Position numbers and translations under genes: made by a program. The notes below the pieces were generated by a model, which was not told the DNA's origin, made no database searches, and saw nothing but the letters and a program-made list of their open reading frames with translations. From NCBI GenBank assembly GCA_964019335.1, contig OZ025717.1, positions 372,001-436,000 on the forward strand: DNA of 64,000 nucleotides. The letters are read 5' to 3'. This document shows, one piece after another, positions 34,219 to 45,012 of the stretch; the stretch's first letter is position 1, and every line of letters begins with the position of its first letter. Origin of the DNA: Diplonema japonicum (Eukaryota; Protista; Euglenozoa: Diplonemea).

Positions 34219-34413
34219 TTACCCGAGCTTACCAAGGGGCTGGGTGTTGGGCTTGTACACCTTACCTTCAGTGTGGTTCACGAACCTCTTGTTGTACTGA
34301 ATCCTCTTTTTAGCACGGCCGACAGACTTCTTCTTCTTCTCAGTCTTCTGAATCTTTGGTGTCTGGTTCTTCACCTTACCAGCACGTGCCAGGGAGCCGT
34401 GGACCTTTCCCAT
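34219..34413 (-). CDS. RPS30: 40S ribosomal protein S30 (eS30), copy A
   Basis: [20 protein letters not shown]...[13 protein letters not shown]. Confidence 0.95.
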   Translation of the reverse strand: MGKVHGSLARAGKVKNQTPKIQKTEKKKKSVGRAKKRIQYNKRFVNHTEGKVYKPNTQPLGKLG

Positions 34414-34626
34414 TTTTTTTTAAATTAAAGGTACCTAACTGTCTAGTTTTATGTGTCTCATTTTTATTTGTCAGATACGAGGACAACCGGGGGGCGAAGA
34501 AAGGAAAAGGAATATCAACCTTTTTATGACAGAGCAACAGGGCAGCGAGACAGATGGTAACTAGGTAAAACAAAAACAAGCGCTAACACTCAAAAATAAA
34601 ATGATTGTTCCATTTGAACCTCAGTC

Positions 34627-34821
34627 TTACCCGAGCTTACCAAGGGGCTGGGTGTTGGGCTTGTACACCTTACCTTCAGTGTGGTTCACGAACCTCTTGT
34701 TGTACTGAATCCTCTTTTTAGCGCGGCCGACGGACTTCTTCTTCTTCTCAGTCTTCTGAATCTTCGGGGTCTGGTTCTTCACCTTACCGGCACGTGCCAG
34801 GGAGCCGTGGACCTTTCCCAT
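34627..34821 (-). CDS. RPS30: 40S ribosomal protein S30 (eS30), copy B
   Basis: Identical protein; 5 synonymous differences from copy A. Confidence 0.95.
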   Translation of the reverse strand: MGKVHGSLARAGKVKNQTPKIQKTEKKKKSVGRAKKRIQYNKRFVNHTEGKVYKPNTQPLGKLG

Positions 34822-34999
34822 TTTGTAGTGATTAGCTAAGGCCTGTTTAGGAGGGTAATAGATGACAAGGCCATTAGAAAGTAAATAAATAAAAGACATT
34901 TGCAACTCGAAAATGCATGCGAGACACAAGGGTTTAAAAAAAAAAACTCTGGAAAGAGAAGCAAGCGCGCCAGAGAGTCCTTCATGGGACAGCGTGGCT

Positions 35000-35909
35000 C
35001 TACTGCTTCTTGTCGGCGGCCTCTCTGCGTGAGCGGATGTCGTCGGCAAGGAGTTGCGATATCTGTGAGGGTGTTGGAGATAAGGTTGCATACCGAGATG
35101 CCTACAGCACCCAGTGCTGCGGCAGAGTCAACCCATGGGGGGAGCTTGTCTGCCCTGTCGGTCACTTGTGCCGCTCTAAATGTTGCAATAAAATCAAGCA
35201 GCGCACGTGTAGACATAGCAGGCGTCCTAGCGAGGTAGAAATCAGTTGCGTAGGCCGCCAGACATGCACGTCGCGCAAGCAGTCCCGCTCTCTGCCCTAC
35301 AGCAGATGACACGAACGAGTGTTTCGCGGCGAAGGCCACATTGTCTGCAGTCTGGAACGTCAATGTGCTGAGCGCCTTCACACGCGCAACGCGAGTCGTG
35401 CCGGAGTCAAACACCCTCGGCAGCGTCCGCAGGCCTTGCCCCAGGCACATCACACCCCTAGCCGTCGAAGCACCAGCAGCTACTTTCTCCAAACCCAACG
35501 CATTGTTCCCCGATACCTGCATCACGTTGGGCAGCGTCCTCGCCGTATTCTGGATCGCTTTACACAGCTTGTCGACCCCTTCTGTCTTACTGAGGGTCGA
35601 TATCACGGCGGGCAGGGTCTCCTTCGGCACCAGCCGTCTGGCACCCTCCAGGCCTGCCGCCACTGCCATCGAGGCCACAATATCATCCCCCGTACCCAAT
35701 CCCGCCACACCCCTCACTACCCACGATGTGGCGTCCCCGCTACAAGCGCCTCCTATCACCATGCTTGCTAGCCCGCTCAGTATCGGTTCCTCGCCAGCCA
35801 GACTCCCAATGACACCGCCTAACAGACCAGCTTTCAGCGCCTTGCTAGTGTCTCCTGAGCCCCAGCCTACCATGGCTGCCGAGAGAGCTGAGGTCGGGAC
35901 AGCCGCCAT
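35000..35909 (-). CDS. PEX11-family peroxisomal/glycosomal protein with a Gly-rich hydrophobic N-terminal extension; intron 35063-35093
   Basis: [16 protein letters not shown] and [14 protein letters not shown] match the PEX11 N-terminal pattern. A 31-nt GTATGC..CACAG intron gives the C-terminus [20 protein letters not shown]. Confidence 0.65.
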
Positions 35910-35970
35910 CTTACCTGCTCTGGGGTGTTGTATTTGGTAATGGAAGGCAACCTGCAACAATAATGCATTA

Positions 35971-37764
35971 CTACTTGCTACGGAAGTAGCCGAGAACTCG
36001 TTTGTAAAGCCAGCCGTTAGACTGGAGGATGTCGTCGAGGTGGTGCTGGATGGCATCGTGCGTCTTGAACTTCTGGTTCCACTCATGCGAGACGCGTGGG
36101 ATGGACACGCGTAGCGAGGTGCTGTTCTGGGTGGCGATGAGCCCGCACCGCGCGAACATGTCGTCAAGATCCGAGGGCGACAGGACATCGACGAGATCCG
36201 TCAGCGGGTAGACTGCCTTGAAGTCGCTATCGTCGGTGGTCGTCAAGAAGTGGGAGTAAGCAGAGTAGAGGAGCTCGGACGCAAAGGTTTTTACACCCGC
36301 AATCATGTCCTGTACAAAGGTGAGAGTGCCTTCGTCGTCGAGGACGGAGGAGGCGCGCCTCGAGAGGCTTTCTGCATCATGGAGCGTCTCTGCTCCATCT
36401 ATGTTACTAGCATCATCTCCGTGCAACAGGGGCGGGGGGAGGGATGTTTTACTGACGGGAAAAGGCATCGACCGGGGCGCGTGCAGCATAGGCAATGAGA
36501 CCTTTTTAGCAGGGTCGAAATCATAGTCTTCCATGTTCAGGAGTCTGCCCTTCTTGACGGACTTGAAGATTCCGATATGGGCGGGATCTCGTGTGGTTTT
36601 TTCTGGGCGTGGAAGGTTGGCCCCCGTGGGTGCAGGTACAGGACAGCTGCAGAAGACCTGTTCCGGGACATCGAAGGATACCCCGCGCCACCACCTGCGT
36701 TTCAAGACCTGGCTGGAGTCGTGTTTCTCGGGCACCACGCTGGAGTCGTTAAGGACAGCACGGTTTTTTTCTCGCATGTACCTTCTCCAGACGCCGGAAA
36801 GGGGCGCAATGTCTGTCACAGCCTCCTTACGGGGCGGGTTCTTGATATTCGGCAGCCTACGTGAAGCAACGGACTGTCGGTACTGTTCGTCGGCAATGCG
36901 TTCCTTCTCCTCTTCCATGTGCTTGTCGTACGACTGGAACTTCACCGACAAGTTGAGAGGCGTATCTGCACCATGGTAATCGTGGAGCCCAGAGTCCGTC
37001 TGCACCCTCATGGACAGGGAGTAGAGCAGACGAAGGCTGTCGTGTGTGTCAACTTTGAAGAGCAGCACCATTCCCACCACTCGCACATGCTCCACAAGAA
37101 ACAAATGGTGCACGATGTGGCTGCACACCACACGGATGGCTGCCACCTGTGGTGACGTAACTACTACCTGGTTGCCAAGGCTGGGTTCTTCAACAGTCGC
37201 AGCACGTTCAAAAGGCGATTTGTTGCACTGATTGATCGGGGTGGCATTGCGCCATCCTTCGGCGATGGTGACACGCTGCGACCAGACAGCCTTAATGGTG
37301 CAGTTGTTGGTGCCTTTTGGAGGCGCGAATTTTTGGAGAATACCCTTCGGTTTCTGCCCCGGAGCGGAGAGGAACTCACGTAAACCTTTTTTAGTGAAGT
37401 ATTGAACAAGACGTCCGCCTTGTCCTGGATCGCTTACGTCCTTCTTCTGGCTGGAGATGAAGGTTGCTGCGATATCGTTGTCGTGCTTGGCGTTCTTGGT
37501 GAAGATGTCATAGATCTCGCAGTTGGAGACATCCCGTGCAAGCTTTCGCTTAACTTGCAGGTTCGGCCCGTCGTGTGACTTCACGGAACTAAACCACGCC
37601 TTAGCGAAGCCTTGCTCGAACAATACTGTTGAGGGTATGTTCACCCTTGCGCTCTCTAGCTGCGCCCCTTGGCCTCCTCCCCTGAAATGCTCCTTTGCAA
37701 GGCAGTAGTACAAATGAGAACTCGCACCATCAAAGTCAAGTGAGTGAGTCGAGCCCAAAGGCAT
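35971..37764 (-). CDS. Hypothetical protein (globular N-terminal domain)
   Basis: 597-aa ORF in the same-strand cluster; conserved-looking blocks GILQKFAPPKGTNNCTIKAVWS and VVGMVLLFKVD. Confidence 0.7.
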   Translation of the reverse strand: MPLGSTHSLDFDGASSHLYYCLAKEHFRGGGQGAQLESARVNIPSTVLFEQGFAKAWFSSVKSHDGPNLQVKRKLARDVSNCEIYDIFTKNAKHDNDIAATFISSQKKDVSDPGQGGRLVQYFTKKGLREFLSAPGQKPKGILQKFAPPKGTNNCTIKAVWSQRVTIAEGWRNATPINQCNKSPFERAATVEEPSLGNQVVVTSPQVAAIRVVCSHIVHHLFLVEHVRVVGMVLLFKVDTHDSLRLLYSLSMRVQTDSGLHDYHGADTPLNLSVKFQSYDKHMEEEKERIADEQYRQSVASRRLPNIKNPPRKEAVTDIAPLSGVWRRYMREKNRAVLNDSSVVPEKHDSSQVLKRRWWRGVSFDVPEQVFCSCPVPAPTGANLPRPEKTTRDPAHIGIFKSVKKGRLLNMEDYDFDPAKKVSLPMLHAPRSMPFPVSKTSLPPPLLHGDDASNIDGAETLHDAESLSRRASSVLDDEGTLTFVQDMIAGVKTFASELLYSAYSHFLTTTDDSDFKAVYPLTDLVDVLSPSDLDDMFARCGLIATQNSTSLRVSIPRVSHEWNQKFKTHDAIQHHLDDILQSNGWLYKRVLGYFRSK

Positions 37765-38459
37765 CTACCTATAAGACGTTGCAAACGGTAAGAAATAAAT
37801 AAATAGGGATGCGTGGACGGGTTTGGAAGCAAAAAAAAAAGGCTTTTTTTTTTTTTTTTTTTCAGCGGCACGGGAGGAACAAGGAAAAAAAAGAAGAGGG
37901 AAGGGGAAGAAAAAGGAAATTCTAATACATAAAGAAGATAAGTGAGTGGAAGAACAGACATGTTGGCTGGTTTGCCTGTGCAGTCCTCTGCTCGTGTGTG
38001 GTCTTTTTTATTTGTTTTTTTGGGGGGGTAGATAAATAATAGGGCTTTCTCTCGCACCGTCACGGTTGTGAGAGGAAGAGGGAAGGAAGAAGAGTGAAAA
38101 CAATATCTAATTTAAAAAAAACAGAAAATGTGAGTGTGGACAAGGGATGAGGGGACGGCCAAGTACAATAAAAAAAAAGAATATGGAGAAAACATGAAGG
38201 AAAAAAAAGAAGCGGCGTGCGGACAAGGAAAAACAGAAGAAAAAAAAAAAAGACAAGTCCCGTTTACTTAAAGAGAAACTTAAAAAATATTTCAAAAAAA
38301 AAAACCGCTTTTTTTTTTTTTTTTTCTTCATGCATTATAAAACAAAGCTTTTAAGATTCGAGAGGAAGAGAAAAAGGAATAACACGGGCGATTAACAATG
38401 GGGAGGGAAGAGTATCTATTTAAAAAAAAAAAATCCTTGTTGTTTTTCTTCTTCAGCGT

Positions 38460-40706
38460 CTATTTGTCGGGGAGGAGGGGCCTGAGGTGGTTCACGATCT
38501 GGAACCTCTTCCTTAGGGTGTCCTTGAGAGAGTCGCTCTTGGTGGCTGCACGATCGGGGTGAAGCTTGGTAAGGAGTTTTTTAGCACGGTCACGGGCACC
38601 AGAGGAGCCCATCGGGAGGTCGATAATGACCCATGCTTCGAAGACTGTGATGGAAGACAAGTTGCTGGAGAGGGAGTTGATGGCCTTGTCATCAACGTTC
38701 TCAATGCCGTACTTCTTCACCATGGCAAGGGCTTCCTTCACTTCCTCTTTCAGCCCGCTCCTGAAGAGCGACGAAGGGGGTGGCGTGGGGCCGGTGCCCG
38801 CACCACCACTAGCCGATCCTGATCCTCCGTACCTCGAGTACTGGGGTGGCACACCCGACCCGGTCCCGCTCCTGAAGTACCCCGCCCCTGTGCCTGCATT
38901 GGGGAAGGTGTACTCGCTGCGCGACCTCTTCTGCTCGTACTCGGGCATCATCCTCTGGATCTGCTTCAACAGCCTCTTGTTCTCCTCTTCCATGCGCTGT
39001 GCCTTCATGCGCTCCAGATCCAGCCTGTGCCTCATTCTGGCAGTGTCCTCGCGTACCCTCTCGTTCTCAGACCTCATTCTTGTCATGTCCACCCTGCACT
39101 GTTCCAGGTTGGCCGATGCACGCTGTGCCCTCATGTTAGCAGTCTGTGTCTGTAGCTTGTACTCCGCCTCGCGAAGTGCGAAGAGCCTGCGGGCTTCGGA
39201 CAGCTCGTTGGTCGAGATGTTCACATGGCGTCTGATCTCAGCCTCACGCACCTGGAAACTGTGTTTCTCGGATGCCTGCTTGGCCTGGAGGTCCTTGATG
39301 TAGTTCTGGTACTTCTGGTCCCTCGTGTGCAGGATATTGTTGGTGTCCTTGAGCTTTTGGTTCACCCTGTGCACTTCCTCCTCGAGCTGCGACCTTCTCA
39401 AGCGCTCCGCATGCAGGTTCTCCACAAGAGCCGTCTGCACCTCCTGGTGCTTGGAAATCTCGTTTATAATGCCGTCCCTCTGTCTCTCCGTCTTCTCCAG
39501 CACACGCGAGAGCTGCACGGCTACCTGTGCAACAGCCTCAAATCTGGCCTCTTGTCTCACCGCAGGCTTGGGAACGTGCTCCCTCCTCTTCTTGTTCTGG
39601 TGCTCGTTCTTCCAGCACGTCTCACACAAGGTCTCGTCGCAATCCGCGCAGTACATAAACTTTGTGTCCTCGGAACTCCCCTCGCAGACGGTGCACCCGG
39701 TAGCGACGGGGGGGAAGGAGTTCACAAACCTCTTGACATCTTCGTTGAAGGACTCCTCCGTGTCCACGGGCGGGGGCGACATGTACCTCTCGTACTCGGG
39801 TGAAGGTTCGCAGCGCACGTCGACCTCCAGCCTCACGGTCTGCCTCCTCTTCCAGATCTGGATGCCAGGCGTCCTCCCGATGTCGATGTCCTCTGGCTCG
39901 CACGACTCCTTCGACGCCTCGGGGATGTCGTCGTCACGTTCCGTTTCGATGCTGTGGCGGCGAATGCTGGGCTCGCTCTCACTCTCGATTTCGACCTCCT
40001 CCCAGTTAGGTGTCACCTTAGGGTCGTTGGAGTTCTGCGTGGAGGCAACCTCAGTCGGCTCCTCAAGAGACACACCAGGTGTGGAGGATCTGTAAGAGGG
40101 CGAAGACGGTGTGTCGTCCTCATCACATTGACGCACGTAACGTTGGAGAACAACAGGGGCCTCGGGCCGAAGCTCAAACTTTTTCGTCATTTCCTTGACA
40201 TGGCTGCCTTCGGGGAGCACGGCTTTGATGAGATCAGCGATGTCCTTATGGTTGCCCCACTTCAGGGCATGGTCAACGGCAGTCATGTTGTTACGGTCAA
40301 TGATAGTGGCGTCGGCCTTGTGGTCGAGGAGAGTGGACACGATGGACTTGTGGCCTTGGTGCGCGGCGGCCATGAGGGCGGTTTCACCGTCAATGTCAAT
40401 TGCGTTTAAATTAACGTTGTTGTTGACGAGGAAGGAGGCAAACCGCCCCTCCCCTTGCCAGCAGGAGTGGAACAGGGCGTTCTGCCCGTCGACATCCTGG
40501 GCTTCCTTATCCACTCCGAGTTCTAAGAGGAGCTCTCCTACCTTAACGTGTCCTAGCCATGCCGCCCACATCAAGGCCGTGAACCCATGCTCGTCGCTTT
40601 GGTTCAGCAACTTCACATCCACGCCTTCAATCATTTCGGTGTCGCACCTCTTGACGGCATCGTGAAAGTCTGCCACATTCTCAGGGTATGCGCAGCTTTG
40701 TGTCAT
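38460..40706 (-). CDS. Ankyrin repeats + B-box zinc finger + coiled coil + C-terminal J-domain-like region
   Basis: GFTALMWAA, GQNALFHSC and GETALMAAA ankyrins; CTVC..CADCDETLCETCWKNEH..H B-box; KKLLTKLHPDR...RFQIVN. Confidence 0.82.
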   Translation of the reverse strand: MTQSCAYPENVADFHDAVKRCDTEMIEGVDVKLLNQSDEHGFTALMWAAWLGHVKVGELLLELGVDKEAQDVDGQNALFHSCWQGEGRFASFLVNNNVNLNAIDIDGETALMAAAHQGHKSIVSTLLDHKADATIIDRNNMTAVDHALKWGNHKDIADLIKAVLPEGSHVKEMTKKFELRPEAPVVLQRYVRQCDEDDTPSSPSYRSSTPGVSLEEPTEVASTQNSNDPKVTPNWEEVEIESESEPSIRRHSIETERDDDIPEASKESCEPEDIDIGRTPGIQIWKRRQTVRLEVDVRCEPSPEYERYMSPPPVDTEESFNEDVKRFVNSFPPVATGCTVCEGSSEDTKFMYCADCDETLCETCWKNEHQNKKRREHVPKPAVRQEARFEAVAQVAVQLSRVLEKTERQRDGIINEISKHQEVQTALVENLHAERLRRSQLEEEVHRVNQKLKDTNNILHTRDQKYQNYIKDLQAKQASEKHSFQVREAEIRRHVNISTNELSEARRLFALREAEYKLQTQTANMRAQRASANLEQCRVDMTRMRSENERVREDTARMRHRLDLERMKAQRMEEENKRLLKQIQRMMPEYEQKRSRSEYTFPNAGTGAGYFRSGTGSGVPPQYSRYGGSGSASGGAGTGPTPPPSSLFRSGLKEEVKEALAMVKKYGIENVDDKAINSLSSNLSSITVFEAWVIIDLPMGSSGARDRAKKLLTKLHPDRAATKSDSLKDTLRKRFQIVNHLRPLLPDK

Positions 40707-42100
40707 TTTCTTTTTTTTTTTGTTCCTTTTTTTTGTTTCTTGTTTTTTTTGTGGTAGAAAAGTTAAAAAGAGAGAAAAAATAAAGTGGGGGGGGGAAAGA
40801 AGGGTGTGGGAGTGTGGGGGGAAAAAAAAAGGAGATGCGAAAAAAAAACAAAAAAAAGGAGGAAAAAAATTTATTTGTGAAATTATATTTGGAGGTGGAA
40901 TAGGGGGGGGGGGGGGGACAGGGTTTAAAAAGAGATAAAAATAAAAAAGGCAGGAATATTATTTCTTTTTTTTCTCACTATGGGGTGGTGGTGGTTTGGT
41001 GGCGGGATCGCTTTGTTTTTTCTCTATACCACAATAGAAGGGGAAAGGGAGGGCTCGCTCTTTTTTCTTTCTTTTTTTTTTTTTTTTTTTTTTTTTTTGC
41101 AGGGGGAGAAAAGGGATATTTTTAAAAAAAGAGCAAAGTTGTGTATGTAACCGTGTGGACTGTGAAAGGGGATGGAAAAAAAAAAAGAGTGAGAGAGAGA
41201 AAAAGAGAGAAAGAAAAGAGAGGAAGAAAGAGAGAAAAGAAAGAAATAAAGAAAAGGGTGAATTCTTTTTTTTTAAAAAGCTTCGCCTTCTTCTTCTTCT
41301 TTTTTGACTATTTACCTTCTCATGATCCCCCTTTCCCCCCCCCATTTTTTGTTGCTTTTTTTAGAGCTTCCTTTTATGAAACAAAAGCACAACTGTGAAG
41401 CTTGAAAACGTAATGCCTGGCTTTTGTTTAGGTACTTCGCTGCGGGGGGGGGGGGGGGGGGGGGCTCCTTATCCCCTTTCTTCCTTACTCATTACTTTCT
41501 TTGCAGGGGGAGGAAAGATAAATAGCAATTTTGTAAGCTGAGAGGGTGCGATAGGTATCCAATTTTTCTTCCACCTTCCTCCCCCCCCCCCTCTGGGGAC
41601 CTATTGCTGACACAAACGGAAATGTAAAATGTAAAAAAAAAAAAAAGAGAGAGAGAAAAAAAAAGGAACAAGGAGAGGGAACACAGAATAAAAAAAAAGG
41701 GGGTGAAGGGAAATATAAAAAAAAAGAAAGAAATAAAAAAAAAACTATTCCTGAGCATCTTGTTTTTTTTTTTTCATGTGGGTATTATAACCTGGCTGCA
41801 CAGAGAGTTGTTGCAACCCGTATTATAAACCCTTTTTTTTTCTCTTTTTTTTTTTGTTTTCACGAAAAAGATAGAATCATTGAATACTGTATCAATGTGC
41901 GCTACCTAAAAAAAAGGGGGGGGAAAAAAAACAATAAAAAAAACAAAAGCTGTGGACCATAGATATCACTATCTTGATTTGTTTCCCCCCTACTTTTTCC
42001 TTTTTAGGCCCCCCTTAAACTGAAAACAAAAAAAACTCGCGAAAAAAAGGGGGTATTGCTGTATTGCAGGATTTTTTTATAAATACAAAAAATAAAAATA

Positions 42101-42427
42101 AATATGAGTTAAAGGAGGCCGGTGTTGGCGGCGCCCTGCACAAGAACTGTCTACTTGATTACAGGGGGCACGCCGCGGCCAAGTTGTAGCTTCTTCTGCG
42201 TTCCGCGTCGTGTCCTTAATGCGTGCGGTGTACAGCTCAACCCCAGCCGGAGTGTCCCGGGTAACCAAGATTCTGCGCTCGTGCAGTTTGCTGCTTGTTC
42301 GTCACCCTGAGCATCTGCATTACGTTCTTCCACTCGGGCGCTACCGGTGATGACCGACGAGGAGGTCAACAGCGAACAACACATCTGATGTTTTTCTTAT
42401 ATTTTCATGTTATCCCCACCACCCGAA
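42101..42427 (+). repeat. Dispersed ~320-bp repeat family, most complete CpG-rich copy
   Basis: atatgagttaaaggaggccggtgttggcggcgccc...ccccaccacccgaaaa; homologous segments at 29.2, 53.9 and 59-64 kb. Confidence 0.88.
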
Positions 42428-44423
42428 AATAAAAAAGCTCTCCTTTTCCTTCTCTCTTCTTTTTTTTTTTTTTTTTTTTTTTTTTCCGTTCTCTCTTTCC
42501 TTTTTCCTTCAGGTGAGTACATTCAGATTGTAAAAACTGAAATTTTGCTTCTTTTTTTTTGTTTCCCTCTTACGAAACCTTATGGAAGGCTATAGCTGAG
42601 AGGGTGGTGTAGGGGTGTAGGGGGTTGTAGTCAATATAAAAAAAAATGGCCTCAGAGAGAGGATGGTCCACAGGCGGTGGGGAGTGGGGACTTTTCCCTG
42701 AGCTGAACTCTATGTGAAGAGGATTATTTTGGGGTTTTTTTTTCTTCGCTCTTTCTCTTTTCTTTTTTTCTCACTCCCTTTGCATCTCGATATAAAAACC
42801 TTAGGGGAAAAAAGGGGGGGGAGAAAAAGCATACTGCAAGACATGAAAAGTGCCGGGGGAATAGAAGGGAAAAAAAGTATCAGGGGGAATTTTTTTCTTC
42901 TCCCCCCCGTACAGGACCCACCTCTCGATATATATATATATTTTTTCTTCTCGTTTTACAGCAAATTAATTAACATGTAAGTAGTGAAAGCAATTCCTTT
43001 CTTTTTTTTTTCCTTCGTTCATTTTTTTCCTTGTCTCTGTAGTCCTGTTTCACCCGTTTTCTAAAGAAGTAATTATTACAAAAGCCAGAAAGCCAAGGGA
43101 AGTATGGAGGTTACAAGAGACTTTTTTTTTTTCGCTACGGGGGTTTTTTTTTTCTCTTTTTTTTTTCTTCTTTTTTTTTGCCACGAAACTCTCGCACTAG
43201 AAAAAAAGGGTAATTGTGGGCTGTAACCCCAAGAAAAAAAAAGAAAAAAAAAGCATTCTTCGGCCATTGGTTTTAAGTGAAAGTTAACCACTTTTTTTTT
43301 CCCAGTATAGGGGTGGGGAAGGGGTAAAACAGCAGCAACCTACTTTTTTTGCCAAGTTTTTTTTTCCCCCCGGTCTTCAAGAAAGAAAAATGAAAAAAAA
43401 AAAAATGAAGGTTGTCGCAGAGATTTTTTTTCGAGTTCTTTTTTCCTCAATGTCCAAAAAAAAAAAAGGAGCAAACAAAAAGAAAATCTAGTCCAACCAA
43501 CAACCAGGGTAGAATAAATAAAAAAGAGGGGGGAAAGCCTACATAACTAAACAAAGAAAGGGAAGGAGTGGTGGTGGGGGGGGGGGGGGGGATAGTTCTT
43601 TTTTCTTTCTACACCTTTTCATGTAAGAAACACGAACAATTTGGCTCCTAGTATCAGACACCAGCTTGTTTTTTTCCCCCTTTTTATTTCTTTCTTTTTT
43701 GCCAGTACTTCACCAGGGGGGGGGGGGGGGTTAGTGAGAAGAGAAGGGTACGGGACAGCTACAGGGATATAAAGTAAAAGGAAAGAGGGGGCTGAAGGGC
43801 ATTTCTTCTTTTCGCAGATTGTGGGGTGAGGGGGTTTAAAAGAAAAAAAAGAGAGGGGTTGGTGGTAGTGGTGGGGGAGGGGGGGGGGATATTGAAACTC
43901 CACCAAAGATGCTTCCTTTAGCTCTTTTTTTTGACCATCCCCTTTCGGGTGCTTGAAAGTAAAAAAAACCCCCCCTATAAAAATCCTTTTTTTCTTGATT
44001 GGTTGATTTTTTTTCCTCCTTTCGCAAAGATAAAAAATAAAGAAAGTAAAGTAAAATAATAATAACTGATTTAAAAAAAAAAGAGAGAAACTTTAACAAG
44101 ACCTCTTTTTTTTTGGTTTTTAATAATTCCCTACCCTCCCCCCGCTTCTTCTTTTGTTTTTTCTTTCTTTTTTTTCCAAAACTGTGTCTCAAGAAATGGG
44201 GAAAATCACCTCATAATGGGGGGGGTCCATGGAAAAGGGGGGAATTGAAAGAGTAAACTATTTACACATAAAAAAGGGGGGGATATTTTGTTTGAAGCGA
44301 AAAGTGTTGGGGGGGGGGGGGGGAAGCACTCTGCTTCCTCCCGGCAGATCATTTCACCACCTTTTTCTCTTTTTTTTTTGCTTTCCTCTGAAGTTGGAGT
44401 GAGAAATAAAAAAATTAGACAAT

Positions 44424-44471
<48 letters not shown>

Positions 44472-44971
44472 CCTAATGCACTTTTTTTTCTTCTATTTCT
44501 TTGTTCCTTTGCATATGTGCTATCTACTTTCCACGGCTATACCTTTTGTATTTCTCCTTTTTTTTATTTTCTTTCTTTCTTGCACTCCCTCTGTGATCCG
44601 TTCATGGGCTAGGGCCGACATTAGGCAACGAGTAAAAAGATAACAAAAATAACAGGGTTTAAAAAAAAAAATACAACTACAAAATGTTGTTTCGCCTAAA
44701 ACTGTCTCCCACCTTTCCCCGAAGAGAGGAGAGATACTTTTTTTTTTTTGGATATTTTAGTACTAATTTCCTCATTAAAAAAATATATAAAGAAAAACTA
44801 CGAACAATAAAAACAAAAAAAAACCCCCCTTCCCACAAAAAAAGAGTAGAGACAGGGGGGGAAAAAACAGGGGGGTCTTTTTTTTAATTCCTTTTTTCTT
44901 TATTGGGAAGGGGAGATATTAAAAAAAAAAAAACAAAAAAAAAATCAATTTCTTTTTAAAAAAAATTCACG

Positions 44972-45007
<36 letters not shown>

Positions 45008-45012
45008 ATATA

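Noticed and set aside
40720-44900. Many short poly-F/poly-K ORFs
   Set aside because: Translations of homopolymer tracts.
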